Numbered from the stretch's first letter, positions 30,998 through 45,400 are shown. The stretch: DNA of 64,000 nt from Eledone cirrhosa (GCA_964016885.1 OZ024760.1:22134001-22198000); one strand, 5' to 3'. Numbers and translations: made by a program. The notes: generated by a model not told the origin, from the letters alone.

Positions 30998-31626
30998 CTA
31001 TCTATCTATATAGTATCTATCTCTTTATATATCTATCTATTTATCTGTCTATCTATCTATATCTATCGATCCATCTAAGTGTCTATATATCTACCAATTT
31101 ATCTATCTATCTATCTAACTATCTATCTATCCATCCATCTGTTTATCTATCTATATCCCTTGCTATCTATCTTTCTATCTCTCTTCTGAGGCAGAGAGAG
31201 AGAAAGAGAGAGAGAAAGAGAGATAGAGAGAGGGACAGAGATAGATAGATAGATAGAGAGAGAGAGAAACACATTCGCACCACCGCATACACACCAACAC
31301 AAACACACCAACACACACAAATACGCAGTCACATCTATTTAATTATATATGTAACATGTTAACAGGTGACAACAAGTACTCTGTATATAGCTAAGCACAC
31401 CTGAAGACATGTAAACGTGCATGCGCAGACGACATGCGCTGAAAGACTCACGAAGTGGTACACACACACACATACATATACACACACACATACACACACA
31501 TACATACACACACACGCTCATACACACACATACACACACGCACGCACATACATACATACACACACATACATAGGCTCATACGCACACATACACACGAAGT
31601 GGTACACACACACACACATATACACA

Positions 31627-31664
<38 letters not shown>

Positions 31665-32204
31665 CATACACACACATACACACACGCACGCACATACATA
31701 CATACACACACATAGGCTCATACGCACACATACACACGAAGTGGTACACACACACACATACACACACATACATACACACACACGCTCATACACACACATA
31801 CACACACGCACGCACATACATACATACACACACATAGGCTCATACGCACACATACACACGAAGTGGTATACACACACACACATACACACACACATACACA
31901 CACACACATACAAACACACGCTCATACACACACATACACACACGCACGCACATACACACATACATACATACACACACACACACGCTCATACGCACACATA
32001 CACAAATACACACAAATACACACAAACACACACACACCCATACACACAGACATACACACACACGCACGCACACACACACACACACACACATACACACACA
32101 CACACACACACACTCTCATACGCACCCATACATACACACACACACATACACATGATGCAAGATATAATTGACTACATATATAAATAGCTACAACATAATA
32201 GCTT

Positions 32205-33583
32205 AGATCCAATAGTGTGGAAGATTCAATAGTGTGAAAGATTCAATAGTGTGGAAGATTCAATAGTGTGGAAGATTCAATAGTGTGGAAGATTCAATAG
32301 TGTGGAAGATTCAATAGTGTGGAAGATTCAATAGTGTGGAAGATCCAATAGTGTGGAAGATCCAATAGTGTGGAAGATTCAATAGTGTGGAAGATTCAAT
32401 AGTGTGGAAGATTCAATAGTGTGGAAGATCCAATAGTGTGGAAGATTCAATAGTGTGGAAGATTCAATAGTGTGGAAGATTCAATAGTGTGGAAGATTCA
32501 ATAGTGTGGAAGATTCAATAGTGTGGAAGATTCAATAGTGTGGAAGATCCAATAGTGTGGAAGATTCAATAGTGTGGAAGATTCAATAGTGTGGAAGATT
32601 CAATAGTGTGGAAGATTCAATAGTGTGGAAGATCCAATAGTGTGGAAGATCCAATAGTGTGGAAGATTCAATAGTGTGGAAGATTCAATAGTGTGGAAGA
32701 TTCAATAGTGTGGAAGATCCAATAGTGTGGAAGATTCAATAGTGTGGAAGATTCAATAGTGTGGAAGATTCAATAGTGTGGAAGATTCAATAGTGTGGAA
32801 GATCCAATAGTGTGGAAGATCCAATAGTGTGGAAGATCCAATAGTGTGGAAGATTCAATAGTGTGGAAGATTCAATAGTGTGGAAGATTCAATAGTGTGG
32901 AAGATCCAATAGTGTGGAAGATCCAATAGTGTGGAAGATCCAATAGTGTGGAAGATTCAATAGTGTGGAAGATTCAATAGTGTGGAAGATCCAATAGTGT
33001 GGAAGATCCAATAGTGTGGAAGATTCAATAGTGTGGAAGATTCAATAGTGTGGAAGATTCAATAGTGTGAAAGATTCAATAGTGTGGAAGATTCAATAGT
33101 GTGGAAGATCCAATAGTGTGGAAGATTCAATAGTGTGGAAGATCCAATAGTGTGGAAGATTCAATAGTGTGGAAGATTCAATAGTGTGGGAGATTCAATA
33201 GTGTGAAAGATTCAATAGTGTGGAAGATTCAATAGTGTGGAAGATTCAATAGTGTGGAAGATTCAATAGTGTGGAAGATTCAATAGTGTGGAAGATTCAA
33301 TAGTGTGGGAGATTCAATAGTGTGAAAGATTCAATAGTGTGGAAGATTCAATAGTGTGGAAGATTCAATAGTTTGGAAGATTCAATAGTGTGGGCGATTC
33401 AATAGTGTGGAAGATTCAATAGTGTGGAAGATTCAATAGTGTGGAAGATTCAATAGTGTGGAAGATTCAATAGTGTGGAAGATTCAATAGTGTGGAAAAT
33501 TCAATAGTGTGGAAGATTCAATAGTGTGGAAGATTCAATAGTGTGGAAGATTCAGTAGTGTGGAAGATTCAATAGTGTGGAAA
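32205..33583. repeat. 17-bp tandem array AATAGTGTGGAAGAT(T/C)C, ~80 copies
   Basis: Seen directly; head-to-tail with no spacers. Confidence 0.97.
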
Positions 33584-33649
33584 AAACTTTATTATAATAC
33601 TGAATATATCTACATATATATGTGTGTATGTGTTGTTCTGTGGGAGTGA

Positions 33650-33707
<58 letters not shown>

Positions 33708-33710
<3 letters not shown>

Positions 33711-33890
33711 TTTTAATATAGATGAGATTCTACAGGACTAGAACTGTTTCATTCTTTAGAAATCATATGATTTCTAAAGAATGAAACAGTTCTAGTCCTG
33801 TAGAATCTCATCTATATTAAAACTTTTGTACTCTGCTATGTATTGAGTACCTTACTTACTGTGGTTACCTCCGATTCAACCCGGAATAAC

Positions 33891-33893
<3 letters not shown>
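33708..33893 (+). mobile_element. Family D fold-back unit truncated within the HHR core
   Basis: Perfect palindrome around AATCATATGATT; ..AUGA-UUUC-UAAA-GAAU-GAA-ACAG..CUGU-A^; homologous to 63349-63520. Confidence 0.75.
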
Positions 33894-33937
<44 letters not shown>

Positions 33938-33941
<4 letters not shown>

Positions 33942-34346
33942 CTGGCCCGTCCGGCTTGCTCCGGCTAGGTATACCTGCCCCCACCACTCCACTGCAAAGA
34001 TACCACACACCCTCCCGTGTCACATTGTCCTTCCGACTTTCTCTCTCTCTGAATAACTAACACTTTAATTGTATCTCTCTCTGTCTAACGGCCTATCAAT
34101 CTCTTTTCCCATCCCTCTGTTTTCTGTCTCTCTTTGTAGATGTGTGTGTAATTATAGAGAGAGGGAAGAGCAACGGGGTGAAGAGCGACAGAGAGAGTAA
34201 AGCAGTTAAATTATAGAGAAAGAGGAATGATCTATTGTATAGATAGGGAAGAGCGACGGAGAGAGTAAAGCTAAGAAACTATAGTGAGGTGTGTAGGATA
34301 CTTACATAATACATACACACGACATTCAGCTTTATAATATTATAGA
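33938..34346 (-). mobile_element. Non-autonomous Helitron-like element
   Basis: Minus strand runs A|TCTATAATATTATAAAG...CCGGAGCAAGCCGG hairpin...CTAA|T, inserted in AT. Confidence 0.6.
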
Positions 34347-34607
34347 TATGTGTGTGAGTATGTGTTGTTCTTGTTCTGTGGAAGTTAGTATATGTATATA
34401 TATATATATATATATGTATGTGTGAGTATGTGTTGTTTTGTGTGAGTGAGTATATATATATATATATATATATACACACAACCACACACAAACACATATA
34501 ATTACACATAAACAAACACACACACACAATACAGAGACATTGCGGTCTTATAACAGATGCCCCAGGACATATACTGTATATATATATATATATACATACC
34601 CATACAC

Positions 34608-34660
<53 letters not shown>

Positions 34661-34714
34661 TATATGTGTATATATATATGTATGTATGAGTTTTTACATA
34701 ATATATATGTGCGC

Positions 34715-34754
<40 letters not shown>

Positions 34755-34964
34755 ATAAATATATGTGGTTATATATTATATATATGTATATATATTTATA
34801 TAAGTGTTTATATAAGTGTTTATATAATATATATATATGTATATATATATATATTTATATATATATATATTTGTATATATGTATATGTATATATGTATCT
34901 ATATATATATTTATATATATATGTATACATGTACATATATTTATATAAGTGTTTATATAATATA

Positions 34965-35008
<44 letters not shown>

Positions 35009-35053
35009 TGTTTATATAATATATATATGTATATATATATATATATAAGTGTT

Positions 35054-35095
<42 letters not shown>

Positions 35096-35133
35096 ACATG
35101 TACATATATTTATATAAGTGTTTATATAATATA

Positions 35134-35200
<67 letters not shown>

Positions 35201-35221
35201 CAGTATATATATGTATATGTA

Positions 35222-35260
<39 letters not shown>

Positions 35261-35345
35261 ACATGTACATTATATATATATATATACACATATACGTTTC
35301 GTTTTTTCTACTCGCGGAAATGCGATTCTCGCTGAATTTATATTT

Positions 35346-35389
<44 letters not shown>

Positions 35390-35815
35390 AAAAAAAAACC
35401 TATCATGAATGCTCACACTAATGAGGTTCGTTTTGCAAGGCCCCAATCACAGTACTTCATAGAAAACAGTGGTATATCTTCTAGCGCTCCATTACAATTC
35501 AAATTTATCGACTTCTATATGAGATAACCTCAGAGTCACTGACGAGGATACAGCAACGTTGAAAGTTTTTAAAGATATTTTCATGCCTCTCCCAACTCTC
35601 TTTATATTACCGTGTTGTGGATATCTACCTGTATATAAGGGTGTAAGTATCAGTGTATATATGTATATATGTGTGTGTGTGTGTATGGATATTTGTATGT
35701 ATGCATGCATGTATGTATATGTGTTTGTTTGTATTTATGTTTCTATGTATGTATATGTGTTTGTATATATGCGTATGCGTGTACATATATATATGTGTAT
35801 ATCTATGTATGTATA

Positions 35816-35863
<48 letters not shown>

Positions 35864-35935
35864 CATATATGCTTGTTTGTGTGTATGTATGAATTCATGT
35901 ACGTCTGTCTCTTTCCTGTGATCATACACCCACAA

Positions 35936-35997
<62 letters not shown>

Positions 35998-36341
35998 TAT
36001 ATATATATATATATATATACAAGGTTGTTATCTTTAACATAGCTTTTTATATGAAATAGCTCAATTTGTCTATCTGACGATATACGGTATGTTTATAAAT
36101 AAACATTTTGAAAGCCTTCAGCTACGAATTTGATGTGGTAGCACCATCTAGCAAGTTACAACAGAAGCTAAGGACAGGTAACTAGCGATAATGACGTCAT
36201 CATTTCATTTTCAAGCTAGTGCTCCCTACCCTGTTGGGACTTAACATAAGCGAAAACTTATAGTTTAGAACACTATGTACATGGACTGATCAGCCTCATT
36301 TGCATTCAGAGAAGATAAAATAAGAGCATATATTTGAATTG

Positions 36342-36400
<59 letters not shown>

Positions 36401-36443
36401 CAAAATATTAATAAATAATAAATATTCTCATAATCAAAATATA

Positions 36444-36506
36444 TATTTTATTATACATATTTCAAAGGTACAATGGTGTTCAAGTACGTTTTCATCAGAC
36501 AAAATA
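36444..36506 (-). ncRNA. Type I hammerhead ribozyme (A2, inverted arm)
   Basis: Intact core and stems. Confidence 0.8.
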
Positions 36507-36617
36507 TAAGATTTGATATGTGACATACCGCTACGGTTTTGATTATTCAATTCCAGTATTGGCAGTATTGGAATTGAATAATCAAAACCGTAGCGGGAGG
36601 TCACTTATCAAATCTTA

Positions 36618-36680
36618 TATTTTGTCTGATGAAAACGTACTTAAACACCATTGTACCTTTGAAATATGTATAATAAAATA
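36618..36680 (+). ncRNA. Type I hammerhead ribozyme (A2)
   Basis: UAUUUUGU-CUGAUGA-AAACGUAC..GUACCUUU-GAAA-U-AUGU-AUA^-AUAAAAUA. Confidence 0.85.
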
Positions 36681-36819
36681 TATATTTTGATTATGAGAAT
36701 ATTTTTCATTTATTAATATTTTGAATAATATTAAATACTCCAGCAAAATCCCATGTCGATTGCTTCTAATCTAGTGTAAAATTGTATTCGTTGAATAATC
36801 AACGAACGATAGTAATGTT

Positions 36820-36903
<84 letters not shown>

Positions 36904-36998
36904 ATATATATGTATTTTTATTTCTATTTTTCCTGTCGTTTCATGTTTTTCCTGCTAACTCACCGCCTCATCCCCCCTCGGAGTTCCCCCCTACTCTC

Positions 36999-37030
36999 CT
37001 GGTGAAGGACTTATGTCCGAAACGTCATAA
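36999..37030 (+). ncRNA. Minimal HHR-like motif with mutated core (CUGGUGA)
   Basis: CUGGUGA-A-GGAC-UUAU-GUCC-GAAACGUCA, inside a (TA)n-flanked island 36915-37117. Confidence 0.45.
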
Positions 37031-37171
37031 CTCTCTCCCATTCTCACCAAGCATGAATCTAATAACACCATGTACCATTGACTCCTGCGTTCGTTTGTTT
37101 GTTTGTCATTTTGAACTATATATATATATATATATATATATAGTTATGTAATAAACAACATAAGATAATTA

Positions 37172-37231
37172 TTTCATTTACCAGTGGTTTCTTGAAAGCA
37201 ACCAAAATTGGTTTCATTCATCAGAATGAAA
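37172..37231 (-). ncRNA. Type I hammerhead ribozyme (family G variant)
   Basis: UUUCAUU-CUGAUGA-AUGAAACC..GGUUGCUUUCAA-GAA-ACCACUGGU-A^-AAUGAAA, with a 7-bp stem I. Confidence 0.8.
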
Positions 37232-37304
37232 AAAATCCTGGTTTCTTTATTGACAGTGGATTTGAAAACCAAAAATATAGCAGATATGAAAGTGAGGCTG
37301 GAGG

Positions 37305-37364
<60 letters not shown>

Positions 37365-37367
<3 letters not shown>

Positions 37368-37870
37368 GTAAACTGAGTTTTTCGAATATTATTAATAACA
37401 TTCGATTCGTTTGCAATTATGCAAACAAGCCTCAATTTTGTAGCCATGTCAGTAGAAGATGAACCCTTCATTCTTGCTATTATGGTGGCATGCAAACAGA
37501 ACTGCAGACACTAATGTTTCTGGGTATCACCCTTCATCAGTACAATTCACTGTTCACCTGCCAAACTGTCAGAACTAGTGAAAATATATGCTATTTTCAT
37601 GCTGACATCCAAATCAGGCCGATCAGTCACTTTGTATTTTTGAAAATAGCATATATTTTCACTAGTTCTGACAGTTTGACTATTGAACTGCGAGCTGTAC
37701 TGATGAAGGGTGATACCCAGAAACATTAGTACCTGCAGTTCTGTTCGCATGCCAACACAAGAGCAAGAATGAAAGGTTCATTCTACTGACATGGCTATAA
37801 AATTGAGGCTTGTTTGCATAATTGCAAACAAATCGAATGTTATTATTAATATTCGAGACACTCAGATTAC

Positions 37871-37875
<5 letters not shown>
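37365..37875. mobile_element. Family F fold-back unit with diverged ~235-bp arms
   Basis: Inverted arms 37365-37598 and 37642-37875; (TA)n flanks. Confidence 0.75.
37499..37548 (-). ncRNA. Type I hammerhead ribozyme (family F)
   Basis: GAAUUGUA-CUGAUGA-AGGGU-GAU-ACCCA-GAA-ACA-UUAG-UGU-C^-UGCAGUUC. The plus-strand copy at 37692-37741 has an altered cleavage triplet. Confidence 0.8.
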
Positions 37876-37929
<54 letters not shown>

Positions 37930-38760
37930 GACGTTATATTTAATTTGTTGGGATTCATATATATATATATAAATGTATGTATAGTATATTTGGCAAGTGA
38001 TCAACAGTCTGTTTCTTGCTTGTTAGCGTTTATCAAGACCACACACTCCGCTGCCTTTGCCGAAAATAAGTAAAGTGACATAGTGATTACTTTAAAACTC
38101 ATAGCGAACGTTCTTCAAAATGTTTTAATTAAACATACACCATATTGCCAAATATACTATACATACATTCATGTATACATCGCTATTTTAGAGCACCAAT
38201 ATTAATACATAATTTTTGCTGGACTGGCAACCGGTCTGTTTATTCAGCTCCTAAATATTACTATAATTCTATAAGAATCCAGCTTCTACAGGACTCGGCA
38301 AATGCAGGGGAGTGTGGGGGTCCTGATTAATGCTAACAAACGAAGTGAGAAACAGACGGTCGATAACTCTCCCTTCTTTTTTTGTCGAAAATAAGTAAGT
38401 GACATAGTCAGTACTTTAAAACGCATATCAAATAGTCTTCAAAAAGTTCTTAATTAAACATACAGTATATTGCCAAATATACTGTACATACATTCATGTA
38501 TACATCGCTCTTTCAGAGCATTAATACTAATCTATACATATATATAGCAGATAGTATATATATATATATATATACAAATATATTACACAGAGAGAAGTGT
38601 ATTACACAGTGAGATGTGTGTAAAGAATTATTACATGTGAGTTTAACCGTTACTGTATGGAAAACAACACCTACAGGTTAGCAATTAAATAGAAAGAACA
38701 CTAAGTCAGAATCAAATCTCCGAAGTAGAGTTTTAAATTACCAACCTTATAACTATAAGC

Positions 38761-38834
38761 TTGCTGATACGAATCTATTTCGTTTCGCCACTGAAATGTG
38801 TAGTGTAAAAGTCCGCAGGGTCCTCAGACAGCAA
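38761..38834 (-). ncRNA. Type I hammerhead ribozyme (family K)
   Basis: UUGCUGU-CUGAGGA...GAA-ACGAA-AUAGA-UUCGU-A^-UCAGCAA; 5-bp stem III, irregular stem II. Confidence 0.65.
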
Positions 38835-39055
38835 ATGTGGAATTGTTAGCTACACATCTAGATATTTATATATATTCAATATTATTAAGCGGTGGATTGG
38901 CAGTATCGGTAGAGTATCGGATGCCATGCTTTGACGCATAGAGTTACGGCCCTTGCCATTATATATATAGTTGAAAGTGAACGGACAAAACATAGGAGAC
39001 AATTGTACACAGATATATATATATGAGAGAGAAAGAGAGAGAGAGACATACAGAC

Positions 39056-39102
<47 letters not shown>

Positions 39103-39134
39103 TATTTATTAAAATAACAGATTAAAGTTCATTA

Positions 39135-39453
39135 TTACCTCGCCGAGGTTAACTTTGCCTTTCATCCTCATGGGGTTGATAAAATAAAGTACCAGTAATG
39201 CACTGGGATAATTGCTGGCCTTGTGCCAAAAGTAGAAACAATTATTAAATTTATTATTAAGGGCGGTGGATTGGCAGTATCGGTAGAGGGTCGGACGCCA
39301 TGCTTTGACGCATAGAGTTACGGCCCTTGCCATTCTGAGTTCAAATCCCGGCGAGGTTAACTTTGCCTTTCATCCTTACGGGGTCGATAAAATAAAGTAC
39401 CAGTAATGCACCGGGTAATTGCTGGCCTTGTGCCTAACGTAGAAACAATTATT
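39135..39453 (+). mobile_element. SINE S1: truncated copy plus full copy
   Basis: A-box-like TGGCAGTATCGG, B-box GAGTTCAAATCC, conserved central domain, AT-rich tail. Confidence 0.88.
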
Positions 39454-39562
39454 AAGGGCCACTTTTTACCCTTAATAAAATGAATACTAAACACTCTACA
39501 TTGGTATTGAGTACTCCGTTCTCTCAGCCATCAGTGACATACGGATATAAATATAAATATAC

Positions 39563-39641
<79 letters not shown>

Positions 39642-40314
39642 CTTAAACATACATGTATATACACACACACTTATATAACAATTTGCTAGAACACTTCCCA
39701 AGAGAAAAATACTTAAGTTAAATATTAAATTATTTGAAATTTCTCTTTACAATCCTTCCCCCAATACACCTTGTATTTACCCACCATTAAAAAGCCTCCT
39801 TCCTCTAATGAAAGACAACAACAGAAACATCAACAATATCATCAACAACGAAAATAAGAGAACCACCATTAAAAGTGCTACCACCGCTACTACTAACAAC
39901 AATAACAAGAACAACAACAGCTCTCTGACACCATCACCATCACCACCACCAACAACAACAACAACATGAACAACATCAACACCTCTACCACACCACCAAC
40001 ACCACCACCACCACCACGAACAACAACAACAAGAGCACCACCACCACCACCACCAACAACAACATGAACAACAACAACACCCCTACCACACCACCAACAC
40101 CACCACCACCACCACCACCACTAACAACAACGTGAACACCACCACCACCAACAACAACAACATGAACGCCACCAACACCACCACCACCGCGAACAACAAC
40201 AACAAGAGCACCACCACTACCACCAACAACAACAACAACAACATGAACAACAACAACACCCCCTACCACACCACCAACACCACCACGACCACTAACAACA
40301 ACAACAAGAGCACC

Positions 40315-40346
<32 letters not shown>

Positions 40347-40695
40347 CATGTACGCCACCAACACCACCACCACCACTAACGACAACAACAACAACAACAA
40401 GAACACCATTACCGATAAAAAATAAAAAAGAATATCCTAAAATACAATTTAAATGAAGAATTAATTATTCGATTTTTATCATTAATCACATTCCTGCATA
40501 AATTAAAAGAAAACGAGGAAAGATATTTAAAAAATAAACAAATAGAATAAGTAAAAATATTTAAAAGAGAATAAAAACCAAATAAAACAACAGCAATTAC
40601 ATACAAACAAAATAGGAGGAATCTTTCAAAATGGCGAGAAATTTTAGAAAATATATTGCTAGTCGTGTGTATATGGATGGATGTAAACGTCGATA

Positions 40696-40699
40696 ATAT

Positions 40700-40759
<60 letters not shown>

Positions 40760-40788
40760 ATATTTATATGTTTATGTATATATATATT

Positions 40789-40831
<43 letters not shown>

Positions 40832-40852
40832 GTATATGTATATATATATATT

Positions 40853-40897
<45 letters not shown>

Positions 40898-40924
40898 TTA
40901 TATGTATATGTATATATATATATT

Positions 40925-40963
<39 letters not shown>

Positions 40964-41112
40964 TTATATATATATATATATTTGTATATATATATATATA
41001 TATTTGTATATATATATATATTTGTATATATATATATATATTTGCATATATATATATTTTTGTTTATATATATTTGTATATATATATATATTTGTATATA
41101 TATATATTTTTG

Positions 41113-41199
<87 letters not shown>

Positions 41200-41248
41200 A
41201 TATATATATATTTGTATATATATATATTTGTATATATATATATTTTTG

Positions 41249-41316
<68 letters not shown>

Positions 41317-41488
41317 TATATTTGTATATATATATATTTGTATATATATATATTTGTATATATATATATTTTTGTATATATATATATTTGTATATATATA
41401 TTTTTGTATATATATATATTTGTATATATATATATTTGTATATATATATATTTTTGTATATATATATATATTTGTATATATATATATG

Positions 41489-41519
<31 letters not shown>

Positions 41520-41655
41520 TTTTTTTTTGTATATATATATATATATTTTTATATATATATATATATTTGTATATATATATATATATTTGTATATATATAT
41601 ATATTTATATATATATATATATATATATTTGTATATATATATATATATATTTGTA
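40696..41655. repeat. (TA)n/TTTG compound microsatellite
   Basis: Seen directly. Confidence 0.95.
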
Positions 41656-41701
41656 TATTAATTCAAAATATTAACAAAATAGATATTCTTGTGATCAATT
41701 A

Positions 41702-41769
41702 TATTTTATTATACATATTTCAGAGGTAGTTGAGTTAAGTTCAACAGTACGTCCTCATCAGATAAAATA
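41702..41769 (-). ncRNA. Type I hammerhead ribozyme (A, inverted arm)
   Basis: Intact core. Confidence 0.8.
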
Positions 41770-41838
41770 AAATGATACATGACATACCCTGACATATTAG
41801 ATGGTTAAGATTAGTTCAGGGTATGTCATGTATCACTT

Positions 41839-41905
41839 TATTTTATCTGATGAGGACGTACTGTTGAACTTAACTCAGTACCTCTGAAATATGTATAATA
41901 AAATA
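41839..41905 (+). ncRNA. Type I hammerhead ribozyme (A)
   Basis: UAUUUUAU-CUGAUGA-GGACGUACUG..CAGUACCUCU-GAAA-U-AUGU-AUA^-AUAAAAUA. Confidence 0.85.
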
Positions 41906-42125
41906 TAATTGATCACAAGAATATCTATTTTGTTAATATTTTGAATTAATATTAATAACTCTGGAAAACCTGTCACTGTTGAGTGCTTCCAATCTATTGT
42001 AAAACTCACTCTTTGATGTATTCATTGAACCTTTTTTAACTTTTAAATATATATTTGTATATATATATATATTTGTGTATATATATATATATATTTGTGT
42101 GTATATATATATATATTAATATATT

Positions 42126-42180
<55 letters not shown>

Positions 42181-42293
42181 TTATAATATATATATATCCC
42201 TGCACGTATATATGCATCCGTGTTTGTACATATCTGTATATGCATAATCGTGTGTATAACTATGTATACGAATGCGAATTTATGTGTGCATAC

Positions 42294-42359
<66 letters not shown>

Positions 42360-42367
42360 TTATATAC

Positions 42368-42401
<34 letters not shown>

Positions 42402-42483
42402 TTATATACATATATATATATATACATATATACATATATATATACATATATATACATATATATACATATATATATATATATAT

Positions 42484-42677
42484 AACGAAGGAAATGTGGT
42501 AAGGAACCAGGTGTGCCATAACGCACCAAAGTACTCAATACTTAGGGTAGTAGAGTGGGTAATAGGAACGAGTAGGACCCCGACGGCTGAGCTCAAGCCG
42601 TTTCGACAGCTAATTCAGTCCAGAATTAGCCGTCGAAACGGCTTGAGCTCAGCCGTCGGGGTCCTACTCGTTCCTAT
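42484..42677 (-). mobile_element. Family C fold-back unit (C1)
   Basis: Same structure as the other C copies. Confidence 0.75.
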
Positions 42678-42696
42678 ATATATATATATATATATA

Positions 42697-42975
42697 GTTA
42701 TCTAATAAACAACATAAGATAATTAATTCATTTACCAGTGGTTTCTTGAAGGCAGATATTTATATCTGTCTTCAGTCGTCAGAAAGAATAACATGTTATC
42801 TTCAGAAAGATTCCATGTTATTCTTTCTGACGACTGAAGACATATAAATATCTGTCTTTAAGAAACCACTGGTAAATGAATTAATTATCTTATGTTGTTT
42901 ATTACATAACTAAAAAGCTCTGTAGCCTACATAGAGCACTCTCTTTTCCTTTACCTTTCCTACGGAAATACTTCA
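42697..42975 (+). mobile_element. Family G fold-back unit with HHRs at 42726-42789 (-) and 42820-42881 (+)
   Basis: AUUCUUU-CUGACGA-CUGAAGACA..UGUCUUUAA-GAA-ACCACUGGU-A^-AAUGAAU; tail has GCUCUGU..AUAGAGC. Confidence 0.8.
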
Positions 42976-45100
42976 TATATATATATATATATTGATGTTT
43001 GTGTGTGGATGTATATACGAATGTATGCTTGTATGCATATACATATATATCTATCTATATGAAAGAGTTTGTGTATGACTGTATACGCATGTGAAATTAT
43101 GTACGTATATATCCGTACCTAAAAAACACAAAAAAAAACAAAAACAAAAAAAGAATCAAAACAACAACAACAACAACAACTCAAAACAAAAGACATACAA
43201 GAAATACTATATAAGAGTCCATTAATTCTGCACACATATAAAGAAACCAGTAAATCAAACGTTAAAAACACGAAAGGCACATTGAAAAACAAAGATTAAA
43301 AAAACAACACCCCGCCAAAAACAAACCCCGAAAATAAACATAAAAAAAGAAGAAAGAACCCCCCCCAACCCCCCCCCCCCCCCAAAAAAAAAACAACAAC
43401 AAAAAAAAACAAAAAAACAAAAAAAACAAAAACAAAACCCCCCCCAAAAACAAAGAAAAAAAACTAAACTAAACTAAAAAAAATCCTTCCTCAGTAATCA
43501 AAAAATAAACTCAATGAAATAACCGACAATAAAATCAAGATGGCGTCTGAAGTTAAAAAGCGAACGAAGAGAGACTGTGTAGATATTTATTATAAGTGCG
43601 TTAATAGTTTATAATTGTTTCTACGTGGATAGTCAGTGATGTCTATGTAGAAGTCTTTGAACCAAATTGTAATGTCGTGTCAAATAGAGAACGCTGGCTG
43701 CCATTTTTGTGAAGATGAAGTGTTTAGAAAAATAAAACGAAAATAAAAGGGTGTTGGAGTTTGGGGAGAGGAAAAGGAAAAGAAAGGAAAGAAAAGAAAG
43801 CGATGTCTATATATATGGGGGCGGCTGTTTAAATAAATGGAAAAGTTTGAAGATAGACAAAATAGAGAGAGGAAGAGAGAGAGGGAGATGTGGGGAGAGG
43901 GAGAGAGAGAGAGAGAGAGAGAGGGAGGCATGGAGAGATGTGGTGAGAGATAGAGAGACAGAGAGAGAGAGAGAGAGAGATAGAGACAGACAGAGAGAGA
44001 GAGAGAGAGAGATAGAGACAGACAGACAGAGAGATAGATAGAGAGATAGATAGAGAGAGAGAGAGAGATAGAGAGACGAAGAGAGAGAATGAGGTGTGAT
44101 GAGAGAGAGAGAGAGACAATGAAATGTGGTGAGAGAGTGATGTGGAAAGAGAGAGATGTGGAGAGTGAGTGAGTGAGTGAGTGATGTAGTGAGTGAGTGA
44201 GTGATGTGGTGAGAGAGAAATTGGAAAGAGAGAGTGGAAAGATAGAAAGAAAGTGAGAGAAGGCGGTTGCTCACGTGGTCAGTGGTATGTAGGTTATTCT
44301 AGACTAGGAAGTCTCCCCTAACTTTTCATATAAGCTTCAAATAAAAGACGGAGAAACATTGTATAAACTGGAACTCAGTAAATATTTTATAATTTTCATA
44401 GAATACAATTTTCTATTATTTATTTTATGACTTTTTCTATTTAGATATTCGAAATAAATTTCTAAAATTTTGTTATGCAATATTTAAATAGCTTTTAACA
44501 TCTTTTATTCTAAGCGAAATAGGCGTTACTAGAGATGACAACTGGTGCCTTATGAATAGATTTGAGGACAGTACAGACCGGGTCGAAGGTCGGGAGGCCG
44601 ATATTATGTATAATAATTTTATTAAGACTAAATAGTGAGTCTTGTGACTCTGAAGATTCAGTTGCTTCTCACAGGGTCATCAGACAGGAGCTAACATTCA
44701 GTAGAAATTCAGTACAAATAAGACAAGATTGCTGGAGTCGTCTAGACAGCCTCGGTCTTAAGTCCAGTAACTGATGTTGACTTTAATTTTTTCTCTCTTC
44801 GAGTTGCTCACACACATGTGCTTTCGGGGTTCCCTCTTCGGTATGTTGTTTAACGGTTCTTTCGGTGAATTTTTTTTCTTTTTCTTCCCTTTTCCCTTCT
44901 GTTATATACATTTTTTCTATCTCTCCTTTTTTCCCCCTCCAATAACGTACTTTAGTTATTGACGCACTGGAGGTAGATATCTTGTCTTTAATGCGTAGAA
45001 ATATCCAGCAGAAAATTGATGAAGGAAAATTATCCACCGTTCGTTTTTTCCTCTTATTTATAAATACACCTTATCCACCAACTACACAGCCCCTGTTTCT

Positions 45101-45187
<87 letters not shown>

Positions 45188-45191
<4 letters not shown>

Positions 45192-45368
45192 AACAAGTAG
45201 GACCCCGACGGCTGAGCTCAAGCCGTTTCGACGACTAAAAATGCCGTCGAAACGGCTTGAGCTCAGCCGTCGGGGTATTAATTGTTCCTATTACCCACTC
45301 TACTACCCCAAGTATTGAGTACTTTGGTGCGTTATGGTCCACCTGGTTCCTTACCACATTTCCTTCGT

Positions 45369-45369
<1 letters not shown>
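45188..45369 (+). mobile_element. Family C fold-back unit
   Basis: Same structure as the other C copies. Confidence 0.75.

Positions 45370-45400
<31 letters not shown>

Larger units (their letters stand above)
36394..36826 (+). mobile_element. Family A2 fold-back palindrome unit
   Basis: ~165-bp arms around ATTGGCAGT; unique 3' tail; (TA)n flanks. Confidence 0.8.
41655..42048 (+). mobile_element. Family A fold-back palindrome unit
   Basis: Arms 41655-41792 and 41816-41952; unique 3' tail; (TA)n flanks. Confidence 0.8.

Noticed and set aside
32205-33583. CRISPR-like array
   Set aside because: Head-to-tail units with no unique spacers, eukaryotic context, no cas genes.
35535-35575. CUGACGA...GAAA at 35540-35564
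   Set aside because: Stems I and II do not pair; likely chance.
38055-38530. ~150-bp diverged direct repeats as LTRs
   Set aside because: No TG..CA ends, PBS/PPT or TSD; a simple local duplication.
39259-39350. tRNA genes at SINE heads
   Set aside because: A/B boxes are followed by SINE bodies, with no complete cloverleaf.
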